DNA from: Eledone cirrhosa
Taxonomy: Eukaryota
Direction of reading: 5' to 3'
NCBI GenBank assembly: GCA_964016885.1
Contig: OZ024741.1
Coordinates: 59,458,001 to 59,522,000, forward strand
DNA length: 64,000 nt
A program made the position numbers and the translations under genes. Below are positions 38,251 to 52,088 of the stretch, piece after piece. Below the pieces are notes generated by a model. The model made no database searches and had not been told where the DNA came from. It saw nothing but the letters and a program-made list of their open reading frames with translations. How positions within the stretch are numbered: position 1 is the stretch's first letter; each line of letters begins with the position of its first letter.

Positions 38251-39681
38251 TTACTTTATGATGGGTCTAAAATATAATTACAACTAATAAAATTATATCA
38301 AATATATTTTTTTGATAAAAGAAATGATCTAATCCCTAAGAGAAATGTGACATAGGATAGATGTCATTTGCTGTATATTTTACCAACGAAATTTAACAAA
38401 AACAAAAAAGAATTATTAAAATGGGAAAATTTGCAATATAGAAAAGACAGTTAATCGTCAGTGGCAGATGTTATTGCCATCAGATTCAACAGTTTTATTA
38501 TGTTAGGCCTGGAAAAGATATTTCGACATTAACAGTAAAAAACTAAGAAATGTTTCAAAGATTTTTTTCGTAAAACATTAAGTTAATTATAAAACAATAC
38601 AAGAATGGAATGAAAATGTAAAACATTTTTTTTAAAAATAATGATTGAATGCTTTCTAAAATGAAGAAACAAATAAATTATTTAGCTTAGATAATTACAT
38701 TCTTTTAGGGAATTGGAAACAATAATGTGTTTTGTGATGAATAATGTTTTCTGCAAATATGCCCCAGATAAGAGTTTCCCAAAAATTGTTCTAACAAGGG
38801 CCCCTTTTATTCGAACAAATTTTCTCATGGACACTCTACTACTATTTATTTTCTCACATTGTTATATGGTGAAAATAATAATCGAAAGAAAATAATGATT
38901 TTACATAGGAAATAATGGATACTCAGTAGCATGTGTGTATATAATGTTTATAATAAAGAAAAAGAAATTGTTATATCAAAAGAGAGAAATGTTTATTCTT
39001 GGGCAAGAATCGATGCCCAATAGTGTATATATAGTATGTTTTAAACAAAGTACTTTAAATTTTGAACTTAACTTATAGACACGCAGTATATATCGATCTC
39101 CAGTAGACCGTAGGACACAGATAAACTGCTTTAAGCCACGAATGTTTATAACACATTGTATAATCTGTCTGATCAGCTAAAATACAGTTTTATTAAAGTA
39201 GATGCTGTGAATTGGTAAGGCTTTTACGTCGGAATTACCGTGGTAGAGCAATTACCACAAATCGTAAATATCTCGTTTGACTTCAGAGATGATAAAGAGG
39301 CCAAATCAAGAATGATGGGTAGCAGTACAATATTGAATGCCATGTGTGATTTTGACATTATAATTGTTATGTTTATGCTGAACACGAACTCCGCATAAAT
39401 GCTTATCTTTGATTATTATTATTATTATTGTTATCATTATTATTATTATTATTGGCGACCTACGTAGGAAATCGTAGTATCGTGAGCTCCGCAAATGTTT
39501 GTTGTTTTCAGTTGTTTCAAATTGCCATTTATGGAAAATGTTTGTTGTTAAGTGTTTATAAGGTCACACAATTTGCTTTCGGAAAAGGACACTCAAAACG
39601 TTTGATAATTATAAAATTTAAATTTTGAGACCAAAATTTAAATTTTATAATTATCAAACAAAAAATTTCTTTGAAAAAATC

Positions 39682-41289
39682 ATGGACGACTCACAGCTAC
39701 ACCAGGCTGAGAGCCTTCCTCACAAACTAACACCTCACACCAACACCACCATTGTAAATATTACTACGTTGGCCAAAACTAAAAATATAAGCAGTAGCAA
39801 TAATTTAAATTTGTCTCATGCAGACATTCATTTCCCGCCATTACCAAAAACTGCAGGTGTTAAAGCCGCCACCCCCACCACCACCACAGCGACAACAGAA
39901 ACAAAAGAAAAAAATAAATTATTATCTCGTGACATCGAAATGGATTCACCCAGAATCGACTCTTCCACACCGAACACAACTGACGCCACCACCACCACAA
40001 CTGAAATTAAAAATAACAATAATAAAAATAACAATAACAACAACAGCAACAACAACAATGAGTTTAACAACAAAAACATCAACACCACCGCAAATGTGTC
40101 GTTTGCAAAAGCAGCCAAGAAATGCGAAACAATCGAGGTAACTCAGGAGGGATTAAATGAAGCCAAGAAAATGGTAAAGAAAGATGGGTACAGAGTCAGC
40201 CTCACCCCCACCTAATAAAATGGAGCATCGGCGCATTAGCACCGTATCTTATCGGACAATTAACACAAAATCGCGCCGAGTGGAACGGGCATCCGAGTCT
40301 CAAATCCAAAAAGGTTTGGGACATGTGTGGGCGGAAAAAACCCACATCAGACGTGGGCAGAAATATGGAACAGTGGACGTGTTCTTTGAAAGACCACAGG
40401 AGGCCATAGAGCACTCCATGGCCCCATTAAGAAACGACGACTTCACACTCATCCCAAACTATTGTGGTCAGAGACTCGTGAAGATCAGGGTGACCCACGT
40501 TCCACCGGCCATCGAAATTCCCTGGCTTATGGCTGCCGTCATCGCCGGCATCGCGGCCAATACCAAAATAATTGAAATATCAAAAGAAAAGCAGCAGAAC
40601 TGCTCCTGATCCAAGCGGACCAAAAAAGCATTGAGGAGATCCCAGAGATAATAGACCTCACTGACGGCAGCCACCTTACCGTAATCGTCGAGGATAGAAG
40701 ACCTAGGTGTGTCGTTTGTGGTGAAGGAACCCACCTAAGGGCTTTCTGCCCTCAGGCTAAAAAGTTGAGGCCACTTCTCTTACACACCGCAGTGACACAA
40801 CCATCAACACCACCAGCAGAAGAAATGGCAGCAACAACTTTAGCAGCAACAACAGAAGCAACTGTAGCAGCAACAACCCCAGCAATAGTAGCAAAACCAA
40901 CACCACCGCCACCCAACGCGCCAGAACTAGCACCAGCGCCTACACCATCCACCACGCCACAACCAAAACGAACGCCTGTAGAGGATTTTCCACTCCCCGA
41001 CCTATCGCAACGGGAGACAGATTGTGACGACGAGGAGTGGGAAACGGTATCAGGAAAAAAGAAAAAAAGAAAAAGAAGCCAAAAAAGAAATAATCCTCTT
41101 CCTTACCCCTCCAAAAACAAAATACAGAGGGAAACAAATAAACTATCAAACAAAAAAGTTAGGACAGCTATGTCACCATCCACACCAGCATCACCAACAC
41201 CATCACCACAAACACCTACACCATCACCATCATTAACCCCAACACCACCATCACTAACACCACAAAAGTCACCAAAAAGCGAAGCATAA
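39682..41289 (+). pseudogene. Tx1/L1-like ORF1 (gag-like), disrupted
   Basis: Pieces 39625-40215, 40184-40609 and 40765-41289. RPRCVVCGEGTHLRAFCP (CX2CX4HX4C) near 40700-40752, SFAKAA and WETV-KKK motifs. Confidence 0.75.
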
Positions 41290-41362
41290 CAAACACACAA
41301 CAAACGCAAACAAAACAAAACAACCAAAACGATACACACTACACACCATTAAATTTGAACAA

Positions 41363-41771
41363 GGTAGGGATTGGCAGAGGATTGGATTGGGCTGTGGATT
41401 GGCAGTATCGGTAGAGGGTCGGACGCCATGCTTTCCAGCATAGTTACGTCCGTTTACGATCTGAGTTCAAATCCCGCCGAGGTTGACTTTGCCTTTCATC
41501 CTTACGGGGTCGATAAAATAAAGTACCAGTAATGCACTGGTAATTGCTGGCCTTGTGCCTAAAGTAGAAACAATTATATTTGAACAAGGTAGTGGATTGG
41601 CAGTATCGGTAGAGGGTCGGACGCCATGCTTTCCAGCATAGTTACGTCCCTTTACGATCTGAGTTCAAATCCCGCCGAGGTTGACTTTGCCTTTCATCCT
41701 TACGGGGTCGATAAAATAAAGTACCAGTAATGCACTGGATAATTGCTGGCCTTGTGCCTAAAGTAGAAACA
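41363..41771 (+). mobile_element. Two tandem young tRNA-derived SINEs (central GCCTTTCATCC…GGGGTCGATAAAAT block, Meta-type from recall)
   Basis: Units 41363-41572 and 41588-41771. B box GAGTTCAAATCC, bounded by ATTA(A/T)ATTTGAACAA x3. Confidence 0.85.
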
Positions 41772-42099
41772 ATTAAATTTGAACAACAACCAATTATTAC
41801 ACTGCATCCAACACAATACCAGCATCACATAAAAAGACTACACAACACCCCGAAAGTTCACACCACCTCCACACTTACAAATAACTCGCATCACACAAAA
41901 AACGTACACACACGACACTAAAAGAAAAATTCCCCAAAGACAACGGAGACTTCCGACAAGCACTCTCCAGGAGGATTTTTAAGGACATCCTTCCGGAGGA
42001 GGCCACAAGCAGTGAAAATGATGGAGAAACCATCCGTCCTCTACGAGAAGTAAGGTAAGTGGTCTTTCCCATCTTTACCACTCTCCATTTCAACATTAC

Positions 42100-44803
42100 C
42101 TCACTCAGAATAGGCAGCATAAACGTGCGTGGCTTGGGGTCGTCATGGAAGCGGGGCCACCTGCTCAACGACCTCAGGTCACTAAACATAGATGTAGTGG
42201 CCATCAGCGAGACCAGAATCTCCGAAGCACGGGCCTTCGCACCGATCTTCGGCGGCTACGATGTGTACGCACTCCCATAGGTCCTGGATCGGGGGGAGGA
42301 GTTGCTGTGCTTTTTCGTAGAGGTTTGGATCTCGCCATACGGGCCATCTTCCTGGACCCAGAAGGTAATTTGGTGGTGCTGGACGTGACCAGCGGAGACG
42401 GGCAAGCTTTCAGGCTAGTGGCTGTTTATGCTCCGACAGGTGCAGGGCGGCCTGATTTCTTCCGGCGTCTGGAGGCCTTTCTTGGAACGTCCCGCTCTTT
42501 AGTGTTAGTGGGCGACTGGAACGGGATCTTAGATGCACGCTGGGACTGTGTGGGATTAGCGGATAGGGGAGGAGGATGCAAGAGCCTCACCAACCTGCTC
42601 AGGCGTTTTGAACTGTCTGACAGGTACCGATTGGATTTCGAGAATGTGCCAATGTGGACTTGGACAAATCGTATCGGGTCATCCGGATCATATCTAGATA
42701 GAGTATTTTGTAGGGAAATATATAGGTCTAGCATAGGCTGTCCACAATTCAAGATAGTTAGCTACAAGTACCACAAATTCGTGATATGTGTGCTTGACTT
42801 AGATAGGCTTCATAGACGAGGACCCGGCTACTGGAAGCTAAACGCGTCCTTACCAGCGCACAAGACCTACAGAGATCGGATTAGCGAACTAGTTAAGCGG
42901 GCGTTGACGGGAGCCACCATCAACAACAAGTGGTGGTTTGCTCTGAAAAGAGCGATTGGAATAGAGTCCATTAGGTTTAGTAAGGCTTGAGCAATAGAGA
43001 AAAATAGAGCAGAGGGAGAACTAGTTAGAAAATTAGACGAGGCGCTTAGCAAAGGCATCGCGACCGACGTACTTGTTCGGAGGCCTCTTGGCGGACGTCT
43101 ACTGCAACTGGCAAAAGAACGGGAGAATTCCCATGCTCGTATAATTATTCAAGATTTTGACCAAGGTGCTAGAAAAGAGGTTGGCGCTTGTCGTTGGTGG
43201 TCTGGTGTGAGAGGCGCAGAGATGCGCCATTCCCGACAGATCCATCCACGACAACCTCCACCTCATGCGATACATCGTGGAGAGGATAGCTAGGGAACCT
43301 GGCACGGGTGGGTCCTTGATAAATTTAGATCAGTCGAAAGCTTTCGATCGGGTCGACCATCATTACCTAGCGGCAGTCCTGAGGGCGGCTGGCTTTGGGC
43401 CCGTCTTCAGAGGCTGGATCACTGCCATGCACAGCGACATCTGCTCTGTGGTGAGAGTGAACGGTCACCTTTCGGAACCGTTCAACATCATGCGCTCGGT
43501 CCGCCAAGGATGTCTCATCTCGTCCCTTTTGTACGTATTGACTCACGAGCCATTACTGCACAAACTGGAGACGTTGAGGGGGTTCCCGCGCGAACTAGGA
43601 TGCGGAAGATCCGCGACAGCATATGCGGACGATGTCACCGTAGTGGTGTCGAACGCCTAACACATCGAGGCGATCGGCATTACACTAAGAAAATACGAAG
43701 CGGTGACAGGAGCAATGATCAGGGTGGCTTCTCTCACCCAGAAATGGGCGGAGAGGAAGCTATCCCTGAAAGGTCGAGCGGAGGTAGCTAACGCGTACAT
43801 CGCGTCCGTCATCTACTACCGCCTGACCGTCGTACCTTGTCCTAAGCCCCGCCTGACTGCGCTGGAGCGTTTGCTCTTTCGCTTTTTGTGGAAGGGACGC
43901 GCTCCGATGTTCAGGCTGTCTATCTGCTGTCAACACCCGCTACGTGGAGGGCTGGGCATGCCGTGGCTGATGATGCGCAGACACGCGCTCAGGCTACGAC
44001 ATCTTCACCTCTTCCTCGACGGTGATCAGGTGTGGTCGCCGTTTGCTAGACGCGTCTTTCCCCAGCTCGTCTCCTTGGCGGAGCTGCAGTCCTGGGTCAA
44101 GCGAAGACCGAGAGGGAGCGCTTGGAGACTGGAATGTCTTCAAGCACTCACAAACCTCGGCCAATCGGGCAGTGTGATCGGTGGAAACTCCACCTTGGCG
44201 TTCGATAGAGGATTAGTGGAGGGGAAACTCATGGCCTCGACGAAAATCAACTAGCCAATCTCTTCGGAAGAACTCTCGGGCCGGGGCCTATGGACAACTT
44301 CCAGAAATCCCTGGCCTGTCAGTGCTACTGAGGAGCTTTGCCAGTTCGGGATAAACTCTACAGGCATGGAGGTGCCGTCAGCCGAGCATGTCCGAGATGC
44401 GCGCAGGGCGACGAAACCGTCATGCACCCACTCGTCCAGTGTCCGAGCATTGCTGACTTGTGGGTTTATGTCGAACACCTGCTGTCGCGTGTAGGACGGA
44501 TCCAGCTATCAGCTGAGTCCATCGTGAGGATGCCCCGCCCCCTCCTTTAGCCGGGAAGGGCAGGAAGTTTTTATCTCTCTGGTGGCCATGGCGAAAGAGA
44601 TAGTATGGTGGACACGTTTGAAAGGGCTGAAGACGAGCACTTACCTCTTCGGTGATGCCCTGATTAACGTTTTCAAATTTCATTTGAAAAGGAAAATGAG
44701 GGTAGAGAGGGAAGTGCTCTCTTCCCAGCATTTTGTTGAAAGATGGGTGAGAGAGGCAAGAATGGCCCGAGTGAATGGGCCTACTCTGAGTATGTGTCTG
44801 TAA
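42100..44803 (+). pseudogene. Tx1/L1-like ORF2 (APE endonuclease, RT, zinc knuckle) with stops, frameshifts and deletions
   Basis: GSINVRGL, SET, GDWN, YLDR, GYWKLN, LDQSKAFDRV, RQGC, YADD, CPRC..ET..H....C. Confidence 0.9.
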
Positions 44804-45046
44804 ATTAAAGGTGGAAAACTGGGAGTGGCTTTTTAATGGGCTTTCTCCACGAATGTCCCTCGGAAGTCTCCCCCGTATTGGGGAATTTTTATTGTTATTT
44901 TTTTTGTTACTTCCTCTGTTTTTGTTTTTTACACGCAGAAATGCCCATTTGTACCGTCCCGTATTTTCCTGTACTGTCCTTAATGTCTACTTTATGTAAA
45001 CCCTTGTGCTTAATAACGAAAGCATTATTATTATTATCATTATTAT

Positions 45047-45245
45047 AGGGTGGTGAATTGGCAGTATCGGTAGAGGGTCGGACGCTATGCTTTGCAGCAC
45101 AGTTACGTCCATTTACGGACTGAGTTCAAATCCCGCCGAGGTTAACTCTGCCTTTCATCCTTACGGGGTCGACAAAATAAAGTACCAGTAATGCACTGGG
45201 TAATTTCTGGCCTTGTGCCATAAGTAGAAACCATTATTGTCATTA
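45047..45245 (+). mobile_element. tRNA-derived SINE (same family as 41363-41771)
   Basis: Matches the tandem pair, with an ATT tail. Confidence 0.85.
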
Positions 45246-48200
45246 TTATTAATTTTTCTTTTTTCATTTATTTTGCATTATGTTCATACGAGTTATTACC
45301 AAGTCACAACCAGTGACCTCAAGAGACAACAATGTCCGCCATGTTCAAGAAAAAACGCATACACACATACATGTATCTTTAGGTGTTTACACTTCTGATG
45401 TATTTATATTGAGAGAATCTTCCTTAGTATATGGATAGTTCCTATTAGTACTATCTTTTGTATTTCTTCTATACGCGGGCTTCCTGGGATTTGAGATAAG
45501 TAATCATTAGGCCCTTTAGGTATCATTCCTAGAGCACCTACAACCATTTTTCTAATCTCTATTTCCAGGTCTTTATATTTGCTCAATTTTTCAAATGTTC
45601 TTATAGATACATTCTTGTCTATAGGAACGGCCATGTCAATTAGCAGGCATACTCTCTTTTTAAAGTCCTCCAGTATTACATCAGGTCTATTTGTATCTAT
45701 TTTTCGGTCTCTTTGGACGCTAAAATCCACAAAATTGAGATGTGATCTTTTTCAAGTACGGCAGGTCAAAATGCTTACACATTACCCAATGTATGTATTG
45801 TGCCGCTCTGTCGTGCCTGTTTAGGTATTCCGTTGATGCAATAGGACTGCACATTGAGATTTTATGATCAATGGTCTCTAGTTGGTTTTTACATACACGG
45901 CATAATGGGTTGCATCCATTTTTTATGATAACTTTCCGGGCTTGATGACTTTCTGTTGGCAGAAACTGATCTTGTGCTGATATAATCAGTTGTTCAGTCT
46001 CCGATTTCAGTCCAGAGGGTGCCAATAACTGATGGGTTAAAGTTTTGTTTACATCAGGATTCTTAGCTCTTTCGGGGTATCCTCCATACAGAGGCTTTTC
46101 TTGCCATTTCTTAGCCAGTTTCTTTAGTAATTCTTTCTTTGCAGTTGCGTTTACCTGTTTTGCTTTTTCGAGGTTTTCATTTCAGCAGAACACCTGAAAT
46201 CTGTAGTTCATTATTGTATCTATGTGCATCGTTTGTAATGGAGTGTGATCTTTTGTTGCTTTCATGTTTCAAAACGAGGTTGATCATCCAATCATGTGAT
46301 TCCCTTAGATATGTAGATCATACAATTGTTGCAGTTTTCAAAGATATATCTAACTGGATTAATACACGTCTTTCTTCTTTCCTGGGTAGATATATTCTAT
46401 CTGTATCTGCCTTAGGGTGATGCATTCTGTGCATGGTTAAGAATTTTCCAATTTTCGTAACGAGTTTACTGATCTCTGTACTTAACCAGTTGATGACATT
46501 GAAAGTTACTACTGGTACGGCAAGTATGTTTATGGCATCGATCCTATTCCTTGCATTCAACTGCGTTCTTAAAATTGCTCTGCGGTAACATTTCTTCCTT
46601 ATCCTTTCCCTCATTGTCGAGTGCTTGATTCCGTCTCCTTCACAAACACCTAGATATTTATAAGTTTCTTCTTGATTAAATTCTCTTATCTCATTCCCCC
46701 GTATTAACTTATCCAGCTTCCTGTGATTTTCTTTCACTATTCAAAATGAATGTCGTTTTCCATGTCTTCATACTGAATGACAAAAACCTCCTGACAAGGG
46801 GAGATATTTTGAAAATCTCTAAACATTTTTCAATCCAACTGTGTGGCAAACTATCGAATGTTTTTTTATAATCTATCCAAGCAATTGATAGATTTTTGTG
46901 TTTATTATGACAATCTTCCACAATCATTTTGTTAATCAAGAGCTGATCCTTACAACCATAGCAGCCTCGTTTACATCCTTTTTGCTCAATGGGAAATAGA
47001 TCATTTGTTATCAGGTGGTCATATGTATATTCAGTTAGGATTGATGTTAAGATTTTATACATTGTGGTCAAGCCAGATTTCGGTCTATAATTTTTGGGGT
47101 TATTTGTCTCAACATTCTTCGGAGGTATGAATGTAATGCCGTTAACTAGTCATGATGGTATCTTTTCTGGTTCCTCAACCATTTCATTGTAAAATGAGAC
47201 TCTGTGAAGGCATTTATCGAAAAGGTTGGTATTTTGTCTTTCCCATTTGCTGGATTTTCTAAGAGGTAAACGCAGATGTTCAGCTGTTATATTTTCCCCT
47301 GTTTGTTCATCAAGGTGAACTATATATTTCATTTGTCTGTCTATCCATATTATGAACTTTTTCTTCGGCCCAGATATTTTCTAGAATTCTCGCACTTCTT
47401 CCTTGGGTGGTATTGATTTAGCAATTATTGTCCTTATAGAATCTAGAGCGTTTTTCAAAGCGCCTTATACGAGCAGCTTTGGCCGACACTTTTTGCTTCA
47501 TTATTTCTATCATCATGTCTATGTCGCTTGTTTATTTTATATTGTATTTTCTTTTCAATTTTCTGACTTTAGTTTGTTTATCATGTTTACCTACTTTGTC
47601 GCTAGCTAAAATTTCTATGTCAGATCGAAGAAAGTTTATTTAGTGATTGATGTTCTCTTGCCAGTAGGTTTTTTTGTGAAAATTCCTTTGTTTTTTCAAT
47701 TTCACTCCACATGGTCACTTTAGCTGATACGTAATAGAAATGATTTAGATCAGTAATATTTAGTTTTGTGGTGATAATGTCTTTGAGAGCTATGCGAGTG
47801 TTCATTCTTCAACTTGGCGAGTTCATTCGCATTTACGGGGTCGATAAAATGAAGTACCAGTAATGCACTGGGTAATTACTGGCCTTGTGCCAAAAGTAGA
47901 AACAATTAATTTCTTTGTCATTGATGATCCCTTCATTGTTTTCATTTTGGGTTTCATCTTGAACATGCACTCCTTCCACTTTTTTATCCTTTCATTAATT
48001 TGTTCTGCTGTCAGTGATTCTGGGCACCATCCTGGGATTGAAGGTGTTACAATTTCCTTCGTTTTCACTGATATTTGTTTCATTTTCCCTTCGATGTCTT
48101 AGCGCTAATTGCTTGATCTGATCAATTTCTATGTCAGTTAGTAATTTCTTCTTAACTATGTTACTTCGTATATTAGCTAGTTTATTACTGCCAATATAAT

Positions 48201-48700
48201 CTCTGTTTTCAGGATGTTTCTTTTTCCAGCTGATATATGTCTGTTCTGTATTCGATCTATTTGATGGGCAGTACTTGGAAGTGTAGAAAGCCTCAAGGAC
48301 TTCTTTATTGTCTTCCCTTGACCATTTTTCTCTCTTTTTCTTTGGATTTCTTGGTGGTGAGCATGGAGGCCCATCAGTTGGAGTATTCCGGTTATAGGAT
48401 ATCTCCAGCTCCGAAGTGATGGGAAGGTTTGAACCATTAGCTGATTTTTCGACTCCAGTCTGGTTTCTCTCTGAGGGACGCGGCTCTTGTTTACCCGGGT
48501 GACGGCCGATCGAGTATCAGTTATTATTATTTGACATTGGATTTATTTTGTTGCATTTTATCGTTAACCGCCAATGGTTAATTATTTTGAATTACCCCTC
48601 CTAGGACGAGTGTTAACCAAGACTAGAAGGGTCATCCTTCCCATGAGATACGGCTATTCCCCACTGGCCCCCAACACGGTATTTCTTGGTCACGGCTTTT
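45246..48700 (-). mobile_element. Decayed R4/Dong-clade non-LTR retrotransposon (RT, CCHC, restriction-like endonuclease)
   Basis: EQKGCKRG…DQLLIN, WIDYKKTFDSLPHSW, YKYLGV, CRVC…ETIDH..SMC, RHD…IHW, NRPD…IDMAVP…KLSKYKDL. ATT-rich flanks. Confidence 0.85.
47830..47910 (+). mobile_element. 5'-truncated SINE inserted in the R4/Dong element
   Basis: TTACGGGGTCGATAAAAT…GGCCTTGTGCCAAAAGTAGAAACAATT. Confidence 0.8.
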
Positions 48701-49267
48701 TTTATTGTTATTATTATAAATGTATCCTTAATGTGTGGCTAATAAAGAAATTATTATTATAATATACTTGTGGCCATTGCTGATGTTGTCTTTGTTGTTG
48801 TAGTTGGCTGTGCCGGTGGTGCTAGTTTTTTTCCAGATGGGGAGGGCGAGTTCTATTGATGGTGGGGGACATGGGTGCAATTGTAGCTGTTAATATTGAG
48901 TTGTTCAAAATTTCATTTGGACCAAAATTCTATTGGTCACTATGTCAGTCCATTTATATCTTTTTGGAGCTTCTTCCTTTCTAGTCTTGTCTAGTGTTAC
49001 TGCTACCTTCCATCTCCTTCTCAGCAAACTTTGTCGTCTTTTCTTAAGTTAACAGAAGGTGGTGAGAGAGTAGGGGTGGCTGTGGAGATGGGGTAGTGGT
49101 TCTTTAGTGATGGCGTTGTTGTTGCTGTTGGTTTGTGTCGGGTAAATTTTGTAGCCATTACAATGTGATGTGTTTTTTTGTTATTTTTTTGGCTGTGTTC
49201 TGTTTAGTAGCTTGTGGTTTGTTCTTACATTTAATATACAGGTTGAAATCCTTCCATATCCCCAAGC

Positions 49268-49918
49268 CGTACTGGATCTGGAGGAGGAATGGCTGTGTTG
49301 CTCCGGAGAAGTCTGGATCTCGAGATACGGGCCATCTTCTTGGACTCAGAAGGTAAGTTGGTGGCGTTGGACGTGACCAGCGGAGAGGAGCAAGCTTCCA
49401 GGCTAGTGGCCGCCTATGCCCCAACAGGGGCAGGACGGCCTGACATCTTCCGGCGACTGGAGACCTTTCTTGGAACGTTCGCTCTTTAGTGTTAGTGGGC
49501 GACTGGAACTGGATCTTAGATGCAGGCTATGATTGTGTGGAATTAGCGGATAGGGGAGGAGGTAAAAGCCTCGCTAACCTACTTCGACGTTTTCAACTGT
49601 CTGACAGGTACCGTCTGGATTTCTCGAATGTGCCAATGTGGACATGGTCAAACCGCATTGGGTCATCCAGAGCATATCTAGATAGGGTATTTTGTAGGGA
49701 AATAGATAGTTCTAGCATAGGCCGTCTACAATGACTACTTGGACCACAAATTCGTGATCTGTGTGGTTGACTTAGATAGATTTCATTGACAGGGACTCGG
49801 CTACAGGAAGCTAAACGCGCAAAGCCTAGAGCGACCGGATTGTCAACAAAAAATGGTGGTCCGCCCTGAAAAGGTCGATTAGAACAGAGTCCATTGGGTT
49901 TAGTAAGGCGTTAGCAAT
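49268..49918 (+). pseudogene. Second Tx1/L1-like APE endonuclease fragment
   Basis: Homologous to 42284-42995 (RAIFLD.EG, YAPTGAGRPD, GDWN, YLDRVF). Confidence 0.85.
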
Positions 49919-50665
49919 TACTAGTTGTGATGTTGCTATTCCACTCATGTTTTCTGTAATGATGAGTTTTTCCCGTCCTAGACTTCTCGCCAGTGTTCAC
50001 TTATCCTTTCTCCTATGCTATGGGCTGTTTCACCTATGTATGTCATATTCTTATCCCTACACTGTCCCTCAGTATATATCATGCTATATACTACGTTCCT
50101 AGTTCTGCAGTTAGTTTGCGGGCTTATCTTGCAGACTATGCATTTAATATCAGCACTGATGGATCCTTGAAATATAGGAAATCACTGAGGTGCAAAACAG
50201 AAACGACTCCAACCAAAATTAAACAGAAAACATGTGGAATAGCAACATCACAACTAGTAATTAAGGAAAAATGAATACATACAGACACACAAAACAAATC
50301 AGACACACGCAGATAGAACAAACAACCAACTAGTGACTACAAGTAAATAAACACATAAAGAAATACATTTAAAAATCACACACACACACCACACCCGGAT
50401 GTAACGCATGCGCAAACTAAGCACACAACACACAACACACAACACACAAAACAAGATGGTGTAGGACAGAACAAAGGAGAGATAAAAATAAAATCCTAGT
50501 CACTGGGGAGGTCACAAAATGTGTGTCGAAAGAGCTTTGGCAATATATAAACAACCTTTCGGTTACTGAACCAACCAACCAACCGGAAACTTATAATATA
50601 TTGAAGTGAAAATCAACAGGTAAGTGTGTTGTTATTGGGAGCATGACCCCACCAAAGTATAATAT
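49916..50665 (+). mobile_element. PLE-type pLTR fragment, family I (degenerate HHR 50499-50541, putative ORF start MTPPKYN, 40-bp inverted repeat at the 5' end)
   Basis: GTCA-CTGGGGA-[..]-GAAA-GAGC-TT-TGGC. Motifs shared with 15237-15600. 49916-49956 is inverted to 50224-50262. Confidence 0.5.
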
Positions 50666-50687
50666 ATATATATATGTGTGTGTATGT

Positions 50688-50806
<119 letters not shown>

Positions 50807-51672
50807 CGAGGTTCTAATATTTCATGGAAATTTAACTGATATTTATAGGCATAAAGTGTAAACTTCCACAGTCTATCTCGAACTATCGATATTTTTCAGT
50901 TGGATAACATTCGTCAACCTCGTTTATTGTATAATCCCGATAAATGAACCCGCTTCAATGATGGATATAATCTAGGTTGGTGGATTACAGTTGTATCTAA
51001 CATACTGCAAATATTTGTCACAAAGACACGCCTTTAATCAAATCAACTTTCTAAAACGTGTTCCACAACAAATTCGTCACCTTTGCAGAAATTAGATAAG
51101 AGACGCAATGAAAGCTATTTCGACACACATTAATACTTTAATACATTGTCAGTTCTTATTTCGATTTGAAATTCCAGGTGGTTCTTGCATTAATTAGTTA
51201 TTCTCCTGGCTTTCAGCGAGATGCCGTTGTTTCTAAACCAAGTTTCGCTATCAAAATTACACTTAGTTAAAATACAACTTTGATGCTTTCTACTCTTAAA
51301 AAAATGTCAATCCTGAAAATATTAATAAATTAAGTTCTTTCCATTTTCTTGGCAATACAAAAAGTTTCATAATAACAAGTCAGACTCTTATCTAGTTTTA
51401 TCATCTCCAAAAAACCGTGAGAAGGAATTGAAAATGAATAACCACGGAAAATGAATGACCACTTCAAGAATGATTTTAAATAAGCTATAATTTATAACTA
51501 TACGTCATTACACACATAATTCTAGATCATGAATACCAATAGGCACAGACATGAGGATTTCCTTTCACAACCACGTACTTCTGGGTTCATTCCTGTTGCT
51601 AGGCAACATGGGTAAATGTTTTGGATTAACCAATTCCGTGTGTGGAATTCGATAGACGGAAATTGCAGGAAC

Positions 51673-51760
<88 letters not shown>

Positions 51761-51962
51761 CAATCTTTAAAATGGCTCACTGAATACGCACGTGTGTTTT
51801 TTACCTTCTTTTTTTGTGTTCCTTACTCTTCTCACAGTTTATTTTTCTATATTTTCTTTTATTTCTAATTCTATCTTCCGAAATGTTAAGATTTTTTCTC
51901 TGTTATTTTAAATGTTAAACTAATATGTACTGTCTTGTTAGCTTTGTTATTTCTGTTTACTT

Positions 51963-52007
<45 letters not shown>

Positions 52008-52045
52008 CATATATCTATACATACATACATACATACATACATACA

Positions 52046-52081
<36 letters not shown>

Positions 52082-52088
52082 TACATAC

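Larger units (their letters stand above)
39454..45023 (+). mobile_element. Near full-length decayed Tx1/L1-clade non-LTR retrotransposon flanked by (ATT)n
   Basis: ORF1 with a CCHC knuckle and ORF2 with APE, RT and C-terminal CCHC. (ATT)n at 39412-39453 and 45024-45046. Confidence 0.88.

Noticed and set aside
48560-48700. HDV-like ribozyme at the 5' end of the R4/Dong element (also considered for 52590-52696)
   Set aside because: Hairpins are present but I could not assign the nested double pseudoknot by eye; needs a descriptor search.
50000-50215. CTGATGGA and CTGAGGGA motifs followed by GAAA
   Set aside because: Core spacing is wrong and I could not form stem I.
49916-50262. MITE with 40-bp TIRs
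   Set aside because: No target-site duplication seen, and the sequence continues into an HHR/pLTR-like region; better read as a 5' inversion.
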